The notes under the pieces are model-generated. The model worked only from the letters and a program-made list of their open reading frames with translations, was not told the origin of the DNA and did not search any database. DNA of 64,000 nucleotides, taken from assembly GCA_038245905.1 (NCBI GenBank), contig JBBRRY010000007.1, forward strand, positions 63,398 to 127,397, given 5' to 3'. Position 1 is the first letter of the stretch. Each line of letters opens with the position of its first letter. Shown here piece after piece: positions 30,358 through 39,489 of the stretch. The stretch comes from Thermoanaerobaculia bacterium (lineage in GTDB: Bacteria; Acidobacteriota; Thermoanaerobaculia; UBA5066). A program made the position numbers and the translations under genes.

Positions 30358-31017
30358 GTGGCGTCCATCCCGTTCCCTCCGCGCGCGGTGGTCTTCGATC
30401 TCGACGGCACGCTCGTGGACGCCTACGCGGCGATCCACGAGTCGCTCGGCGTCGTTCTCGCGGCGTTCGGCCGGCCGCCCGTCACGCGCGACGAGACGCG
30501 CCGGATGGTGGGCCACGGCCTCGAGGTCCTCATCGCGGATGCCGTGGGCAGCGAGAACGTCGCCGAGGGCGTGCGCCTGTTCCGCGAGCGCTACGAGAGA
30601 GTCGGGCTCGAGTCGACGCGCCTCCTCCCGGGCGCCGAGAGCGTCACGCGGATCCTCTTCGAGAGCGGGATCCTTCTCGCGATCGCGTCCAACAAGCCCG
30701 CGCGCTTCACGCGGCCCCTCCTCGAGGGGCTCGGCATCGCGGGGCGCTTCGACTTCGTCGCGGGACCGGACGACGGCTTTCCGCCCAAGCCCGCGCCGCA
30801 CATGGTCTTCATGGCGCTCAGCACGATGGGAGTCCCGGGAAAGGACGCGGTCTTCGTCGGGGACATGCCCGTGGACGTCGCGACGGCCCGCGCGGCCGAA
30901 CTTCCGATCATCGCACTTCCGACGGGCAGTGCGACACGAAATGAGCTCGAAGCGTGTTCTCCGGACGCGATCGTCGAAAATCTCGAAGCGCTGTTGCCGC
31001 TGCTACTGGCCTCGTAG
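30358..31017 (+). CDS. HAD-superfamily phosphatase (Gph-like)
   Basis: FDLDGTLVD, ASNK, KPAP, FVGDMPVD. Confidence 0.9.
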   Translation: MASIPFPPRAVVFDLDGTLVDAYAAIHESLGVVLAAFGRPPVTRDETRRMVGHGLEVLIADAVGSENVAEGVRLFRERYERVGLESTRLLPGAESVTRILFESGILLAIASNKPARFTRPLLEGLGIAGRFDFVAGPDDGFPPKPAPHMVFMALSTMGVPGKDAVFVGDMPVDVATARAAELPIIALPTGSATRNELEACSPDAIVENLEALLPLLLAS

Positions 31018-31028
31018 AATCCGGGGCT

Positions 31029-32156
31029 ATGACGCACTTCGACTCGACCGCCGGCTCTCCCGGTCAGATCCGCTTCTTCAACCCCGGCCCCGTGTGGGTA
31101 CGGCCGCAGGTGATGCAGGCGCTGACCGGTCCCATGCTCTCTCATCGCTCACAGGCATTCATGGACCTCTACGGGCGCATCCAGGCGAAGCTCCCGAAGG
31201 TCTTCCGGACGGCTCGCATGGCCCACACCCTTGCGACCTCCGCGACCGGCGTCTGGGAGTCGGCGCTGGTTTCCTGCGTCGAGGGCCCGGTCCTCTCGCT
31301 CGGCAACGGCGCGTTCTCCGAGAAGTGGGGCGAGATGGCCCAGCGGCTCGGCCTCGAGACCGACATCCTCAAGGCCGAGTGGGGCAAGCCGATCTCTCCC
31401 GACGACGTGAAGAAGAAGCTCGCGAACAAAAAGTACGTTGCCGTCACGGTCGTTCACAGCGAGACGTCGACGGGCGTCCTGAACGACCTCGCGGGGATCG
31501 CAAGAGTCGTCCGCGAGAACTCCGACGCCCTCGTCTTCGCCGATGCCGTGACCTCGGTCGCCGGAACGAAGGTCGAGACGGACGAATGGGGTCTCGACGT
31601 CGTGCTCACGGGCTCGCAGAAGGCGTTCGCGCTTCCGCCGGGCCTCGCGCTCTTCGCGATGTCCGAGCGCACGCTCGCCGCCGCCAAGAAGAAGAAATTC
31701 CGCGGTCTCTACCTCGACCTCGTCGACATCGACGCCTTTGCCCAGAAGAAGCAGACACCCACGACGCCCTGCCTGCCGCTGCTCTACGCGCTCGACGTCC
31801 AGCTCGACCACATCCTCGCGGAGGGGATCGAGAACCGTTGGGCACGGCATGCCGCCATGCGCAAGACGGTCGAGGACTGGTCGGAGAAGCACGGGTTCCG
31901 CGTCTTTGCCGAGGCCGGTGCGCACTCGCCCACGGTCTCGTCCCTCATTCCTCCGGAAGGCGTCAACGCCGAGGAGCTGAACAAGTCGCTCAAGGCCATG
32001 AAGTGGACGACGGGCTCCGGCTACGGAAAGCTCAAGGCCACGAACGTGCGGATCGGCCATATGGGTGACGTCGACGTTGCCTCCGTGGAGAACTACCTCA
32101 AGGCCCACGAGGAGGCCATCGCCGCGATGGGAAAGAAGGCCGGGAGCGCCGCGTGA
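31029..32156 (+). CDS. Class V PLP aminotransferase (serine-pyruvate/alanine-glyoxylate family)
   Basis: PGPV, HRS, HSETSTG, DAVTS, GSQKAFALPPG, TPTTP, RIGHMG. Confidence 0.92.
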   Translation: MTHFDSTAGSPGQIRFFNPGPVWVRPQVMQALTGPMLSHRSQAFMDLYGRIQAKLPKVFRTARMAHTLATSATGVWESALVSCVEGPVLSLGNGAFSEKWGEMAQRLGLETDILKAEWGKPISPDDVKKKLANKKYVAVTVVHSETSTGVLNDLAGIARVVRENSDALVFADAVTSVAGTKVETDEWGLDVVLTGSQKAFALPPGLALFAMSERTLAAAKKKKFRGLYLDLVDIDAFAQKKQTPTTPCLPLLYALDVQLDHILAEGIENRWARHAAMRKTVEDWSEKHGFRVFAEAGAHSPTVSSLIPPEGVNAEELNKSLKAMKWTTGSGYGKLKATNVRIGHMGDVDVASVENYLKAHEEAIAAMGKKAGSAA

Positions 32157-33733
32157 CGGCGGATCGCGTCCTCATCGCCGAACCGCTCTCCGAGACCGGA
32201 CTCGCCGTGCTCGCGAAAGCGGGCCTCGCGGCGGACGTACGGACCGACCTGTCCCGCGAGGCTCTTCTCCAGGCGATCGGCGACTACGACGCCCTCGTCG
32301 TGAGATCCGCGACCCAGGTGGACCGCGAGCTCCTCACCGCCGGGAAGAAGCTCCGGGTCGTCGGGCGCGCGGGCGTCGGCCTCGACAACGTGGACGTCAA
32401 GGCCGCCACCGAACGCGGGGTTCTCATCGTCAACGCTCCGTCCGGGAACGTCGTCTCCGCGGCGGAGCATGCAATCGCGATCCTGCTCGCGTTCCTGCGC
32501 AAGATCCCCGAGGCACAGACTTCGCTGAAGGCCGGGGAATGGAAGCGTACGAAGTTCGTGGGAACGGAGCTTCAGGGAAAGACCGTGGGGCTGGTCGGCC
32601 TCGGCCAGGTCGGCGCGCGCGTGGCCGCACGTCTGCGCCCGTGGCGGGTCACGCTCCTCGCGTTCGACCCGTTCGTGACGCCCGAGCGCGCGGCGGAGCT
32701 GGGCGTGGCACCCGTCTCGCTGGACGAGCTGCTTGCGAAGTCCGACATCGTCTCGCTGCACGCGCCGGGCGGTGCGGAGACGAAGCACCTCATCGGCGCC
32801 CCCCAGCTCGCGGCGATGAAGAGGGGCGCGATCCTCGTGAATTGTGCGCGCGGTCCGCTCGTGGACGAGGCGGCGCTCATCGCCGCGCTCGACTCGGGCC
32901 ACCTGACCGGCGCGGCGCTCGACGTCTTCGCCGTGGAGCCGCCCAAGGACTTCACCCTCATGAAGCACCCGAAGGTACTCTGCACGCCCCATCTCGGAGC
33001 GTCCACGGTCGAAGCACAGGACCGCGTGGCGGTCGAGACCGTCGAGATGCTGGCCGAAGCCCTCAAGGGCTCGCCGTTCATCGCCGCGGTCAACCTGCCG
33101 TTTCCGTCGGGTGGCGATCCGCACGCGGCGCTGCCGTGGATGCGGCTCGCGGAGCAGGTCGGACTGTTCGTCGGGCAGGCGATGCCCGTGGCGCCGAAGC
33201 AGCTCACGGTCACCCTCGCCGGCGTGCCCGAAGGCATGCGGAAGGCCTGCGTCGTGTCTGCCGTGAAAGGCGTGGTCGCGTCGTTCGCGGAGGGAGTCAA
33301 CATCGTCAACGCCTCATCCCTCGCGAAGCTGAACGGAATTTCGGTTTCGGACTCGGTGCGCGAGGATGCGGGCGGATACTCGAGTCTCGTCACGGTGACG
33401 GCCGGAGACCACAGCGCGTCGGGGACTCTCTTCGGCGAGAGGCTCGGACGGATCGTGGCCGTCAACGGGCTCTCCCTGGAGTTCTCTCCGGAGGGGACGC
33501 TTCTCGTCATCGCGAACCGGGACGTGCCGGGAGTCGTCGGCCGGATCGGGACCCTGCTCGGGTCGCGCGGCGTCAACATCTCGGATCTCGCGTTGTCGCG
33601 CGGGAAGGACGGACGGGCGGCGGCGGTCGTGCGGATCGACCGGCCGGACGGCGGCACGATCGGGCCGGATCTCGTCAAGGCCGTCTCGACGCTCGAAGGG
33701 ATCGACGCGGCGCGCCTCGTGACACTCGGGTGA
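32153..33733 (+). CDS. serA: D-3-phosphoglycerate dehydrogenase (long form with ACT domain)
   Basis: VRSAT, RAGVGLDNVD, AAEH, GLGQVG, NCARG, TPHLGASTVEAQ, C-terminal NRDVPGVVG ACT. Confidence 0.95.
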   Translation: MTADRVLIAEPLSETGLAVLAKAGLAADVRTDLSREALLQAIGDYDALVVRSATQVDRELLTAGKKLRVVGRAGVGLDNVDVKAATERGVLIVNAPSGNVVSAAEHAIAILLAFLRKIPEAQTSLKAGEWKRTKFVGTELQGKTVGLVGLGQVGARVAARLRPWRVTLLAFDPFVTPERAAELGVAPVSLDELLAKSDIVSLHAPGGAETKHLIGAPQLAAMKRGAILVNCARGPLVDEAALIAALDSGHLTGAALDVFAVEPPKDFTLMKHPKVLCTPHLGASTVEAQDRVAVETVEMLAEALKGSPFIAAVNLPFPSGGDPHAALPWMRLAEQVGLFVGQAMPVAPKQLTVTLAGVPEGMRKACVVSAVKGVVASFAEGVNIVNASSLAKLNGISVSDSVREDAGGYSSLVTVTAGDHSASGTLFGERLGRIVAVNGLSLEFSPEGTLLVIANRDVPGVVGRIGTLLGSRGVNISDLALSRGKDGRAAAVVRIDRPDGGTIGPDLVKAVSTLEGIDAARLVTLG

Positions 33734-33737
33734 GCGC

Positions 33738-34859
33738 GTGAGCTCGGCGCCGCGCGTGCGCGCGAGGCGTCGCGTCGGCGTCGTCTTCGGCGGCCCGTCC
33801 CGCGAGCACGGCGTTTCGTTCGTGTCGGCGGCGTGTCTCCTCGAGAATCTTCCGAAGGACTCCTACGAGGCGATTCCGCTGTTCGTGGGGAAGAACGGCG
33901 TCTGGCACGGCCCGACCGATTCGAAGAACGAGCTCGCGCGCCAGCTCTCACGGCCGCCGAAGGATCTGCTCCTCGACGGCGTGAAGCCGGGTTCGAGGCC
34001 GGCCGGCACCGCGGAAATCGTCGACTCTTTCTTCACGGCGTGGCACGCGGCCAGCGCCGACGTGCTCTTCCCGATCGTGCACGGGACCTTCGGCGAGGAC
34101 GGGGTGCTCCAGGGCCTTCTCGAATCGCTCGGCATCCCGTACGTGGGTTTCGGAGTCGCCGCCTCAGCCGTGGGCATGGACAAGATTTTCATGAAGGCAG
34201 CCTTCGGCGCGGCGAGCCTCCCGCAGGTCGATTACGTTGCCTTCTCTCGCGCCGAGTGGAAGGCACCGGGAGAACGCGCGTCGCTCGTGGAGCGCGCGAG
34301 ACGCCTTGGCTTTCCACTCTTCGTGAAACCGGCGTGCGCCGGATCCTCGGTGGGCGTTTCGAAGGTGAAGTCGGAAGCGGGCTTCGCGCCGGCGGTCGAG
34401 GAGGCGTTTCTCGTGGACGGGCGCGTTCTCGCCGAGCGGGGCGTGGATGCCCGCGAGATCGAATGCTCCGTCCTCGAGGGCGAGCCGGGCGGTCTCACGG
34501 AAGCCTCGCTGCCTGGCGAGATCGTGCCCGGCCACGAGTTCTACGATTACGAGGACAAGTACATCGGGACCGGCTCGCGCTCCATCATCCCGAGCGACTT
34601 GCCCGAGTCCTTCAAGGACGACGTGCGACGGCTCGCCGTGCGCGCGTTCGACGTCCTCGGCGGCGCCGGCTTTGCGCGTGTGGACTTCTTCCTCGAGCGC
34701 GGCACGCATCGTCTCCTGGTGAACGAGATCAACTCCCTGCCGGGCTTCACGCCCATCTCGATGTTCCCGAAGATGTGGGAAGCGACGGGCCTGCCGCTGC
34801 CGAAGCTCCTCGACCGGCTCGTCCGCAGCGCATTTCAGCGGCCTCTCCGCGGGCGCTGA
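33738..34859 (+). CDS. ddl: D-alanine--D-alanine ligase
   Basis: FGGPSREHGVS, HGTFGEDG, MDK, FVKP..GSSVGVSKV, FYDYEDKY, RVDFF, NEINSLPGFT. Confidence 0.96.
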   Translation: MSSAPRVRARRRVGVVFGGPSREHGVSFVSAACLLENLPKDSYEAIPLFVGKNGVWHGPTDSKNELARQLSRPPKDLLLDGVKPGSRPAGTAEIVDSFFTAWHAASADVLFPIVHGTFGEDGVLQGLLESLGIPYVGFGVAASAVGMDKIFMKAAFGAASLPQVDYVAFSRAEWKAPGERASLVERARRLGFPLFVKPACAGSSVGVSKVKSEAGFAPAVEEAFLVDGRVLAERGVDAREIECSVLEGEPGGLTEASLPGEIVPGHEFYDYEDKYIGTGSRSIIPSDLPESFKDDVRRLAVRAFDVLGGAGFARVDFFLERGTHRLLVNEINSLPGFTPISMFPKMWEATGLPLPKLLDRLVRSAFQRPLRGR

Positions 34860-34860
34860 C

Positions 34861-35583
34861 TCAGCGGGCGACGAGAATACCGGCGAGGCCCATCTCGCCG
34901 AGCGAGTCGCGGGCCGATTCGGCTTCCACGCGCGATGCATAGGGACCGAACTTCACGCGCTTGATGCCTCCGGCGTCCTCGACCCACGGTGTCGGGTAAC
35001 GGATGGCGAGGCGGTCGCGAAGCCGCACCGCGTTTTCCTGAGAGGCGAACGCGCCAGCCTGCACGGCCCAGCCCGCGGCCGGTGCGTCCGGCTCGGGCCG
35101 GGCGGCCGTATTCGCGGGCGTCGGGGCCGGCGGTTCGTCGCTCTTCGCCCGGATGCGGGAGTTGTCGCCGAACGTGACGACGCGAAGGGTCACGGGCACG
35201 ACGCCGTCTCCGACCGACCCGATCTCCTGGGCGGCCGCCTTCGAGAGATCCACGATTCGGCCCGCCACGAAGGGCCCGCGGTCGTTGATCTTCACGCGAA
35301 CGGTCCTCCCGTTCTTCTCGTTCAGGACGTCCACGATCGTCCCGAGCGGCAGCGTGCGGTGCGCGGCGGAGATCTTCTCGGGCCGGAACGTCTCGCCCGA
35401 AGCCGTCGGCAGCCCGTCGAATTCCTTCCCGTACCAGGATGCCAGTCCTCTTTCGCCTCCCCGGGAATCGGCGGCGGTCTTCGCGGGGGGACGAGAAGAA
35501 CAGGCTGCTAGGAAGAAGAGAATCAGGAGAGGAGAAAAGAGGATTTCTTTGAAAGGGAATAGGGCGCGGCGCGGAGTCTTCAG
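34861..35583 (-). CDS. rlpA: Septal ring lytic transglycosylase RlpA lipoprotein with SPOR domain
   Basis: Lipobox LAAC; GLASWYG, TASGE, AAHRTLP, INDRGPF, IVDLS; SPOR VQAGAF; probable CTG start overlapping purB stop. Confidence 0.9.
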   Translation of the reverse strand: MKTPRRALFPFKEILFSPLLILFFLAACSSRPPAKTAADSRGGERGLASWYGKEFDGLPTASGETFRPEKISAAHRTLPLGTIVDVLNEKNGRTVRVKINDRGPFVAGRIVDLSKAAAQEIGSVGDGVVPVTLRVVTFGDNSRIRAKSDEPPAPTPANTAARPEPDAPAAGWAVQAGAFASQENAVRLRDRLAIRYPTPWVEDAGGIKRVKFGPYASRVEAESARDSLGEMGLAGILVAR

Positions 35584-37034
35584 ACCCGGACCTCTTCGCG
35601 CTTTTCGCCGCCCGCGGCCTCGGGATCGGACGCGAGGATGGGCTCGATCTCCATGTCGAGGAACTCGTCGACCTGCTCCGGCGCGCGGCCGATGAAGCGC
35701 GCGGGCTCGGAGGCGGCAATCACCTCGGCGGGCGTTAGCCCGAAAGCCGGGTCGGCCGCGATGCGGAAAAGAAGGTCGTTCTCCCCGCCGTCCTGCTTCA
35801 TGCGGTCGCCCGCCGCCTGCGCGAGGACGCGCATCCTCTCGTGGAGCGCCTGGCGGTCTCCGCCCTTCTTGGCCGCCGCCATGAGGATGTTCTCGGTGGC
35901 GAGGAAGGGCAGCTCCACGTCGAGCCGGCGCCGGACGACGGTAGGATGGACGACGAGCCCGTCCGTCACGGCGTCCCAGAGGAGCAGGATCGAATCGGCC
36001 GACAGGAACGATTCGGCGAGGGCGAGGCGCCGATTCGCGGAGTCGTCGAGCGTTCGTTCGAACCACTGGGTTGCATGCGTCCAGTTGCCGTTGGCGGAGA
36101 TGGAGAGCAGCCAGCGTGCGAGGGCGTTCATCCTCTCGCACTTCATCGGGTTACGCTTGTAGGGCATCGCGGACGAGCCGACCTGCTTCTTGCCGAACGG
36201 CTCCTCGACTTCCTTCATGTGCTGAAGGAGGCGGACGTCGTTCGCAAACTTCGAGGCCGACGCCGCGAGGCCCGCGAGGGCGGAGAGGACGAGGGCATCC
36301 TGTTTGCGCGTGTAGGTCTGGCCGGAGATGAGGAAACGGTCGGCGAAGCCCGCCTTCTGGGCGATGAGCCGGTCGAGGCGCTCGGCCTTGTCGGCGTCGC
36401 CGTCGAAGAGCGCCACGAACGAAGCCTGTGTCCCCGTTGCTCCCTTGCAGCCGAGGAAGCGCAGCTCGTCGGCCCGGCGGACCAGCTCGCGGTGATCGAG
36501 GGCGAGGTCCTGAAGCCAGAGGCACGCGCGCTTGCCCACTGTGGTGGGTTGCGCGGCCTGAAAGTGCGTGAAGCCGAGGCAGGGGAGGTCGCGGTAGGCA
36601 CGCGCGAACCGTGAGAGCCGGCCGATGACCCGCACGGTACGCTTCGCGAGAAGGCGGAGCGCCTCACGGAGGAGGAGAAGGTCGGCGTTGTCCCCGACGA
36701 AGGCCGATGTGGCCCCCAGGTGCAGGACTCCTTTGGCCGCGGGCGCGACGTCGCCGAGGGCGTGAAGATGGGCCATGACGTCGTGCTTCGTCTCGCGCTC
36801 GTACCGGTCGGCCGCCGCCAGCTCCGCGTCGGTGGGCACGAGGTGGGCCCGAAGAGCCTCGAGCGAGGCCTCCGGAATGGGGAGTCCGAGCTCCCGCTGG
36901 GCTTCCGCGAGCCAGAGCCAGAGCTTTCGCCACGTCGTGAACTTCGACCGCGCCGAGAAGAGCGCGGACATCTCGGCCGAGGCGTAGCGGCTCGTAAGGG
37001 GGTTTTCGTAGGAGTCGATGGGAGAGTTGCTCAC
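35580..37034 (-). CDS. purB: Adenylosuccinate lyase
   Basis: PLTSRYAS, HDVMAH, HLGATS, GFTHFQAAQ, GSSAMPYKRNP, WFERTLDDSA. Confidence 0.97.
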   Translation of the reverse strand: MSNSPIDSYENPLTSRYASAEMSALFSARSKFTTWRKLWLWLAEAQRELGLPIPEASLEALRAHLVPTDAELAAADRYERETKHDVMAHLHALGDVAPAAKGVLHLGATSAFVGDNADLLLLREALRLLAKRTVRVIGRLSRFARAYRDLPCLGFTHFQAAQPTTVGKRACLWLQDLALDHRELVRRADELRFLGCKGATGTQASFVALFDGDADKAERLDRLIAQKAGFADRFLISGQTYTRKQDALVLSALAGLAASASKFANDVRLLQHMKEVEEPFGKKQVGSSAMPYKRNPMKCERMNALARWLLSISANGNWTHATQWFERTLDDSANRRLALAESFLSADSILLLWDAVTDGLVVHPTVVRRRLDVELPFLATENILMAAAKKGGDRQALHERMRVLAQAAGDRMKQDGGENDLLFRIAADPAFGLTPAEVIAASEPARFIGRAPEQVDEFLDMEIEPILASDPEAAGGEKREEVRV

Positions 37035-37038
37035 GGAG

Positions 37039-37203
37039 TCACTCCTCGATCTCGTCGTCGGTGGGCAGACGGAATTCCTTGGTCTCGTCGTTGCCGCAGA
37101 CGTTGCAAAACGCGCTCTTGATTCCCTTCTTCTCGTCGTACTCGAAGAAGTAGCAAGGCGTGTCGCAGTTCAGGCATACGAGGAATTCGACTTCTTCGCT
37201 CAT
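37039..37203 (-). CDS. Small acidic zinc-ribbon protein (54 aa; absent from ORF track)
   Basis: Manual translation MSEEVEFLVCLNCDTPCYFFEYDEKKGIKSAFCNVCGNDETKEFRLPTDDEIEE*; two CxxC pairs; ends 4 nt before purB start. Confidence 0.8.
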   Translation of the reverse strand: MSEEVEFLVCLNCDTPCYFFEYDEKKGIKSAFCNVCGNDETKEFRLPTDDEIEE

Positions 37204-37270
37204 CGGAGATCCCGTGAGCGTTCAGGTTAGCATCCCGGAGGCGGCCCAAGCCGCAACTTCGAGGCCCACG

Positions 37271-38554
37271 ATGACACTCTCCGTCGACTCCGAGATCGGC
37301 CGCCTGCGGGCGGTTCTCGTCCACGAGCCCGGTCGCGAGATCGACCGGATGGTGCCGTCGATGATGCAGGACTTGCTCTTCGACGACATCCTGTTCGGGG
37401 CGCGAGCGCGCGAGGAGCACCGCCGTTTCCGGCAGGTGCTTAGGTTCGTCGCGGACGAGGTTCTCGACGTCCAGGATCTCCTCGAGGAGGTTCTCCGGGA
37501 TCCTGCCGCGCGGAACGAAGTGCTCACGGAGCTCGCCACGCTCCTGGCGTGGTCTCCGGCGGTCCTTTTCGCGTTGAACGAGCTCCCCCCGGCCCGGCTG
37601 GCGGCGGGTCTCGTGGAGGGAATCGAGCGCCCGGACCCCACGATCACCGGCTCCCTCGATTCCCTCTACCTGCTTCCCCCTCTTCCAAACTGGTTTTTTC
37701 AGCGCGATCCGGCCACGGTCGTGGGCCGCCGCGTGGTGAGGGGCTCCATGGCGACGCGTGCGAGATGGCGCGAGCCCCTTCTCTCGGGCGCCGTGTTCGC
37801 TCGCCATCCCCGGTTCGCGGGGTCGGAGCCGCGTTTCTGGTTTCAGGAGTTCGCGGCGGGCGAAGGCCGCGACCTCGCGTGGGCGCGCATGCGTCCGACG
37901 CTCGAGGGCGGCGACGTCCTTGTGCTCTCCCCCGAGGTGCTCGTCATCGGCTACTCGGAGCGCACGGAAAAAACCACGATCGAGCGTCTCGCCGAAGCGC
38001 TTCGTCGCGAGCGATCGGCCGTGCGCAAGATCCTCGTCGTCGCCATTCCGCCGCAGCGCGCGACGATGCACCTCGACACGGTCTTCACGCGGATCTCTTC
38101 GGGCGAATGCCTCTGCTACGGCCCGATGATCCTGTCTGGTGGCGCCGAAGAGGCGGACGTCTACGAGGCCGACCTCACGTTGCGTGAGATCACGTGGACC
38201 ACGAAGGACGACCTCTTGTCGGCGCTCCGCGCGCTCGGAATCGATCTTGCGCCGATTCTCTGCGGAGGCCTGGATCCAATCGACCAGCAGCGCGAACAGT
38301 GGACCGACGGCGCGAACGCGTTCGCTCTCGCCCCGGGCGTCATTCTTTGTTACGACCGCAACGAGCGCACGGCGGAAACGCTCGCCCGTCACGGATACAC
38401 GGTCGTGGCCGACGACGATCTCCTGCTGGGACGAGAGACCCTCGACCTCCGGAAGCCTGGCAAGCACGCGATCCTTCTTTCGGCGCCCGAGCTGTCGCGC
38501 GCCCGGGGCGGTCCCCGGTGCATGACGATGCCGCTCGTGCGCGATCCGGTATAG
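37271..38554 (+). CDS. arcA: Arginine deiminase
   Basis: SEIGRLRAVLVHEPG, LLFDD, PLPNWFFQRD, LEGGD, MHLDTVFT, REQWTDGAN, ELSRARGGPRCMTMP; alternative GTG start at 37214. Confidence 0.93.
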   Translation: MTLSVDSEIGRLRAVLVHEPGREIDRMVPSMMQDLLFDDILFGARAREEHRRFRQVLRFVADEVLDVQDLLEEVLRDPAARNEVLTELATLLAWSPAVLFALNELPPARLAAGLVEGIERPDPTITGSLDSLYLLPPLPNWFFQRDPATVVGRRVVRGSMATRARWREPLLSGAVFARHPRFAGSEPRFWFQEFAAGEGRDLAWARMRPTLEGGDVLVLSPEVLVIGYSERTEKTTIERLAEALRRERSAVRKILVVAIPPQRATMHLDTVFTRISSGECLCYGPMILSGGAEEADVYEADLTLREITWTTKDDLLSALRALGIDLAPILCGGLDPIDQQREQWTDGANAFALAPGVILCYDRNERTAETLARHGYTVVADDDLLLGRETLDLRKPGKHAILLSAPELSRARGGPRCMTMPLVRDPV

Positions 38555-38565
38555 AAAGGGTGTTC

Positions 38566-39489
38566 ATGTTTCAGAAAGACCTGATCTCGATCCACGATCT
38601 GGCCGCTCTCGACATCGCGGCTCTCTTCACGCTGGCCGCGAGCATGAAGGCTCGCCCGAAGGACTTCCGGACGGCCCTCTCCGGGAAGATCCTCGCCATG
38701 ATCTTCGAGAAGTCCTCCACGAGGACGCGCGTCTCGTTCGAGGCGGGGATGACGCAGCTCGGCGGTGCCGCCCAGTTCCTGTCGGCACGCGACATCCAGA
38801 TCGGGCGCGGCGAGCCGATCGCGGACACGGCGCGCGTCCTGTCGCGATACGTGGACGGCATCATGGCGCGCACCTTCGCGCACGACACGGTCGTCCAGCT
38901 CGCCCGCCACGCGACGATCCCGATCATCAACGGCCTGACGGACCTTCTCCATCCCTGTCAGGCGTTGACGGACTACTTCACGATGAGCGAGAAATTCGGC
39001 GCGCTTTCGGGTCTCCGGCTCGCGTACGTCGGCGACGGCAACAACATGGCGCACTCGCTGATGTTCGGAGGGCCGAAGTGCGGAGTCCACGTGGCCGTCG
39101 CGACGCCGCCGGGCTACGAGCCGGATGCGTCCGTCACGGCGCGCGCGCGCGCGGACGCCGCGGCGGCGGGAACGACGCTCCTCGTGACGCATTCCCGGGA
39201 AGAGGCGGTCGCCGGTGCCCACGTCGTTTACACCGACGTGTGGGCGTCGATGGGCCAGGAGTCCGAGCAACAGAAGCGCGTGCGCGACTTCGCGGGCTGG
39301 ACCGTCACGGACGAGCTCCTTGCCCTCGCGAATCCCGACGCCGTCTTCATGCACTGCCTCCCGGCGCACCGCGGCGAGGAAGTGGCCGCCAGCGTCTGCG
39401 ACGGGCCCCGTTCCGTCATTTTCGACGAGGCAGAGAACCGCCTCCACGTCCAGAAGGCGATTCTCGCCACTCTGATGGGCCGCTCCTGA
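38566..39489 (+). CDS. argF: Ornithine carbamoyltransferase
   Basis: FEKSSTRTR, HPCQ, GDGNN, TDVWASMG, HCLP, AENRLH. Confidence 0.96.
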   Translation: MFQKDLISIHDLAALDIAALFTLAASMKARPKDFRTALSGKILAMIFEKSSTRTRVSFEAGMTQLGGAAQFLSARDIQIGRGEPIADTARVLSRYVDGIMARTFAHDTVVQLARHATIPIINGLTDLLHPCQALTDYFTMSEKFGALSGLRLAYVGDGNNMAHSLMFGGPKCGVHVAVATPPGYEPDASVTARARADAAAAGTTLLVTHSREEAVAGAHVVYTDVWASMGQESEQQKRVRDFAGWTVTDELLALANPDAVFMHCLPAHRGEEVAASVCDGPRSVIFDEAENRLHVQKAILATLMGRS

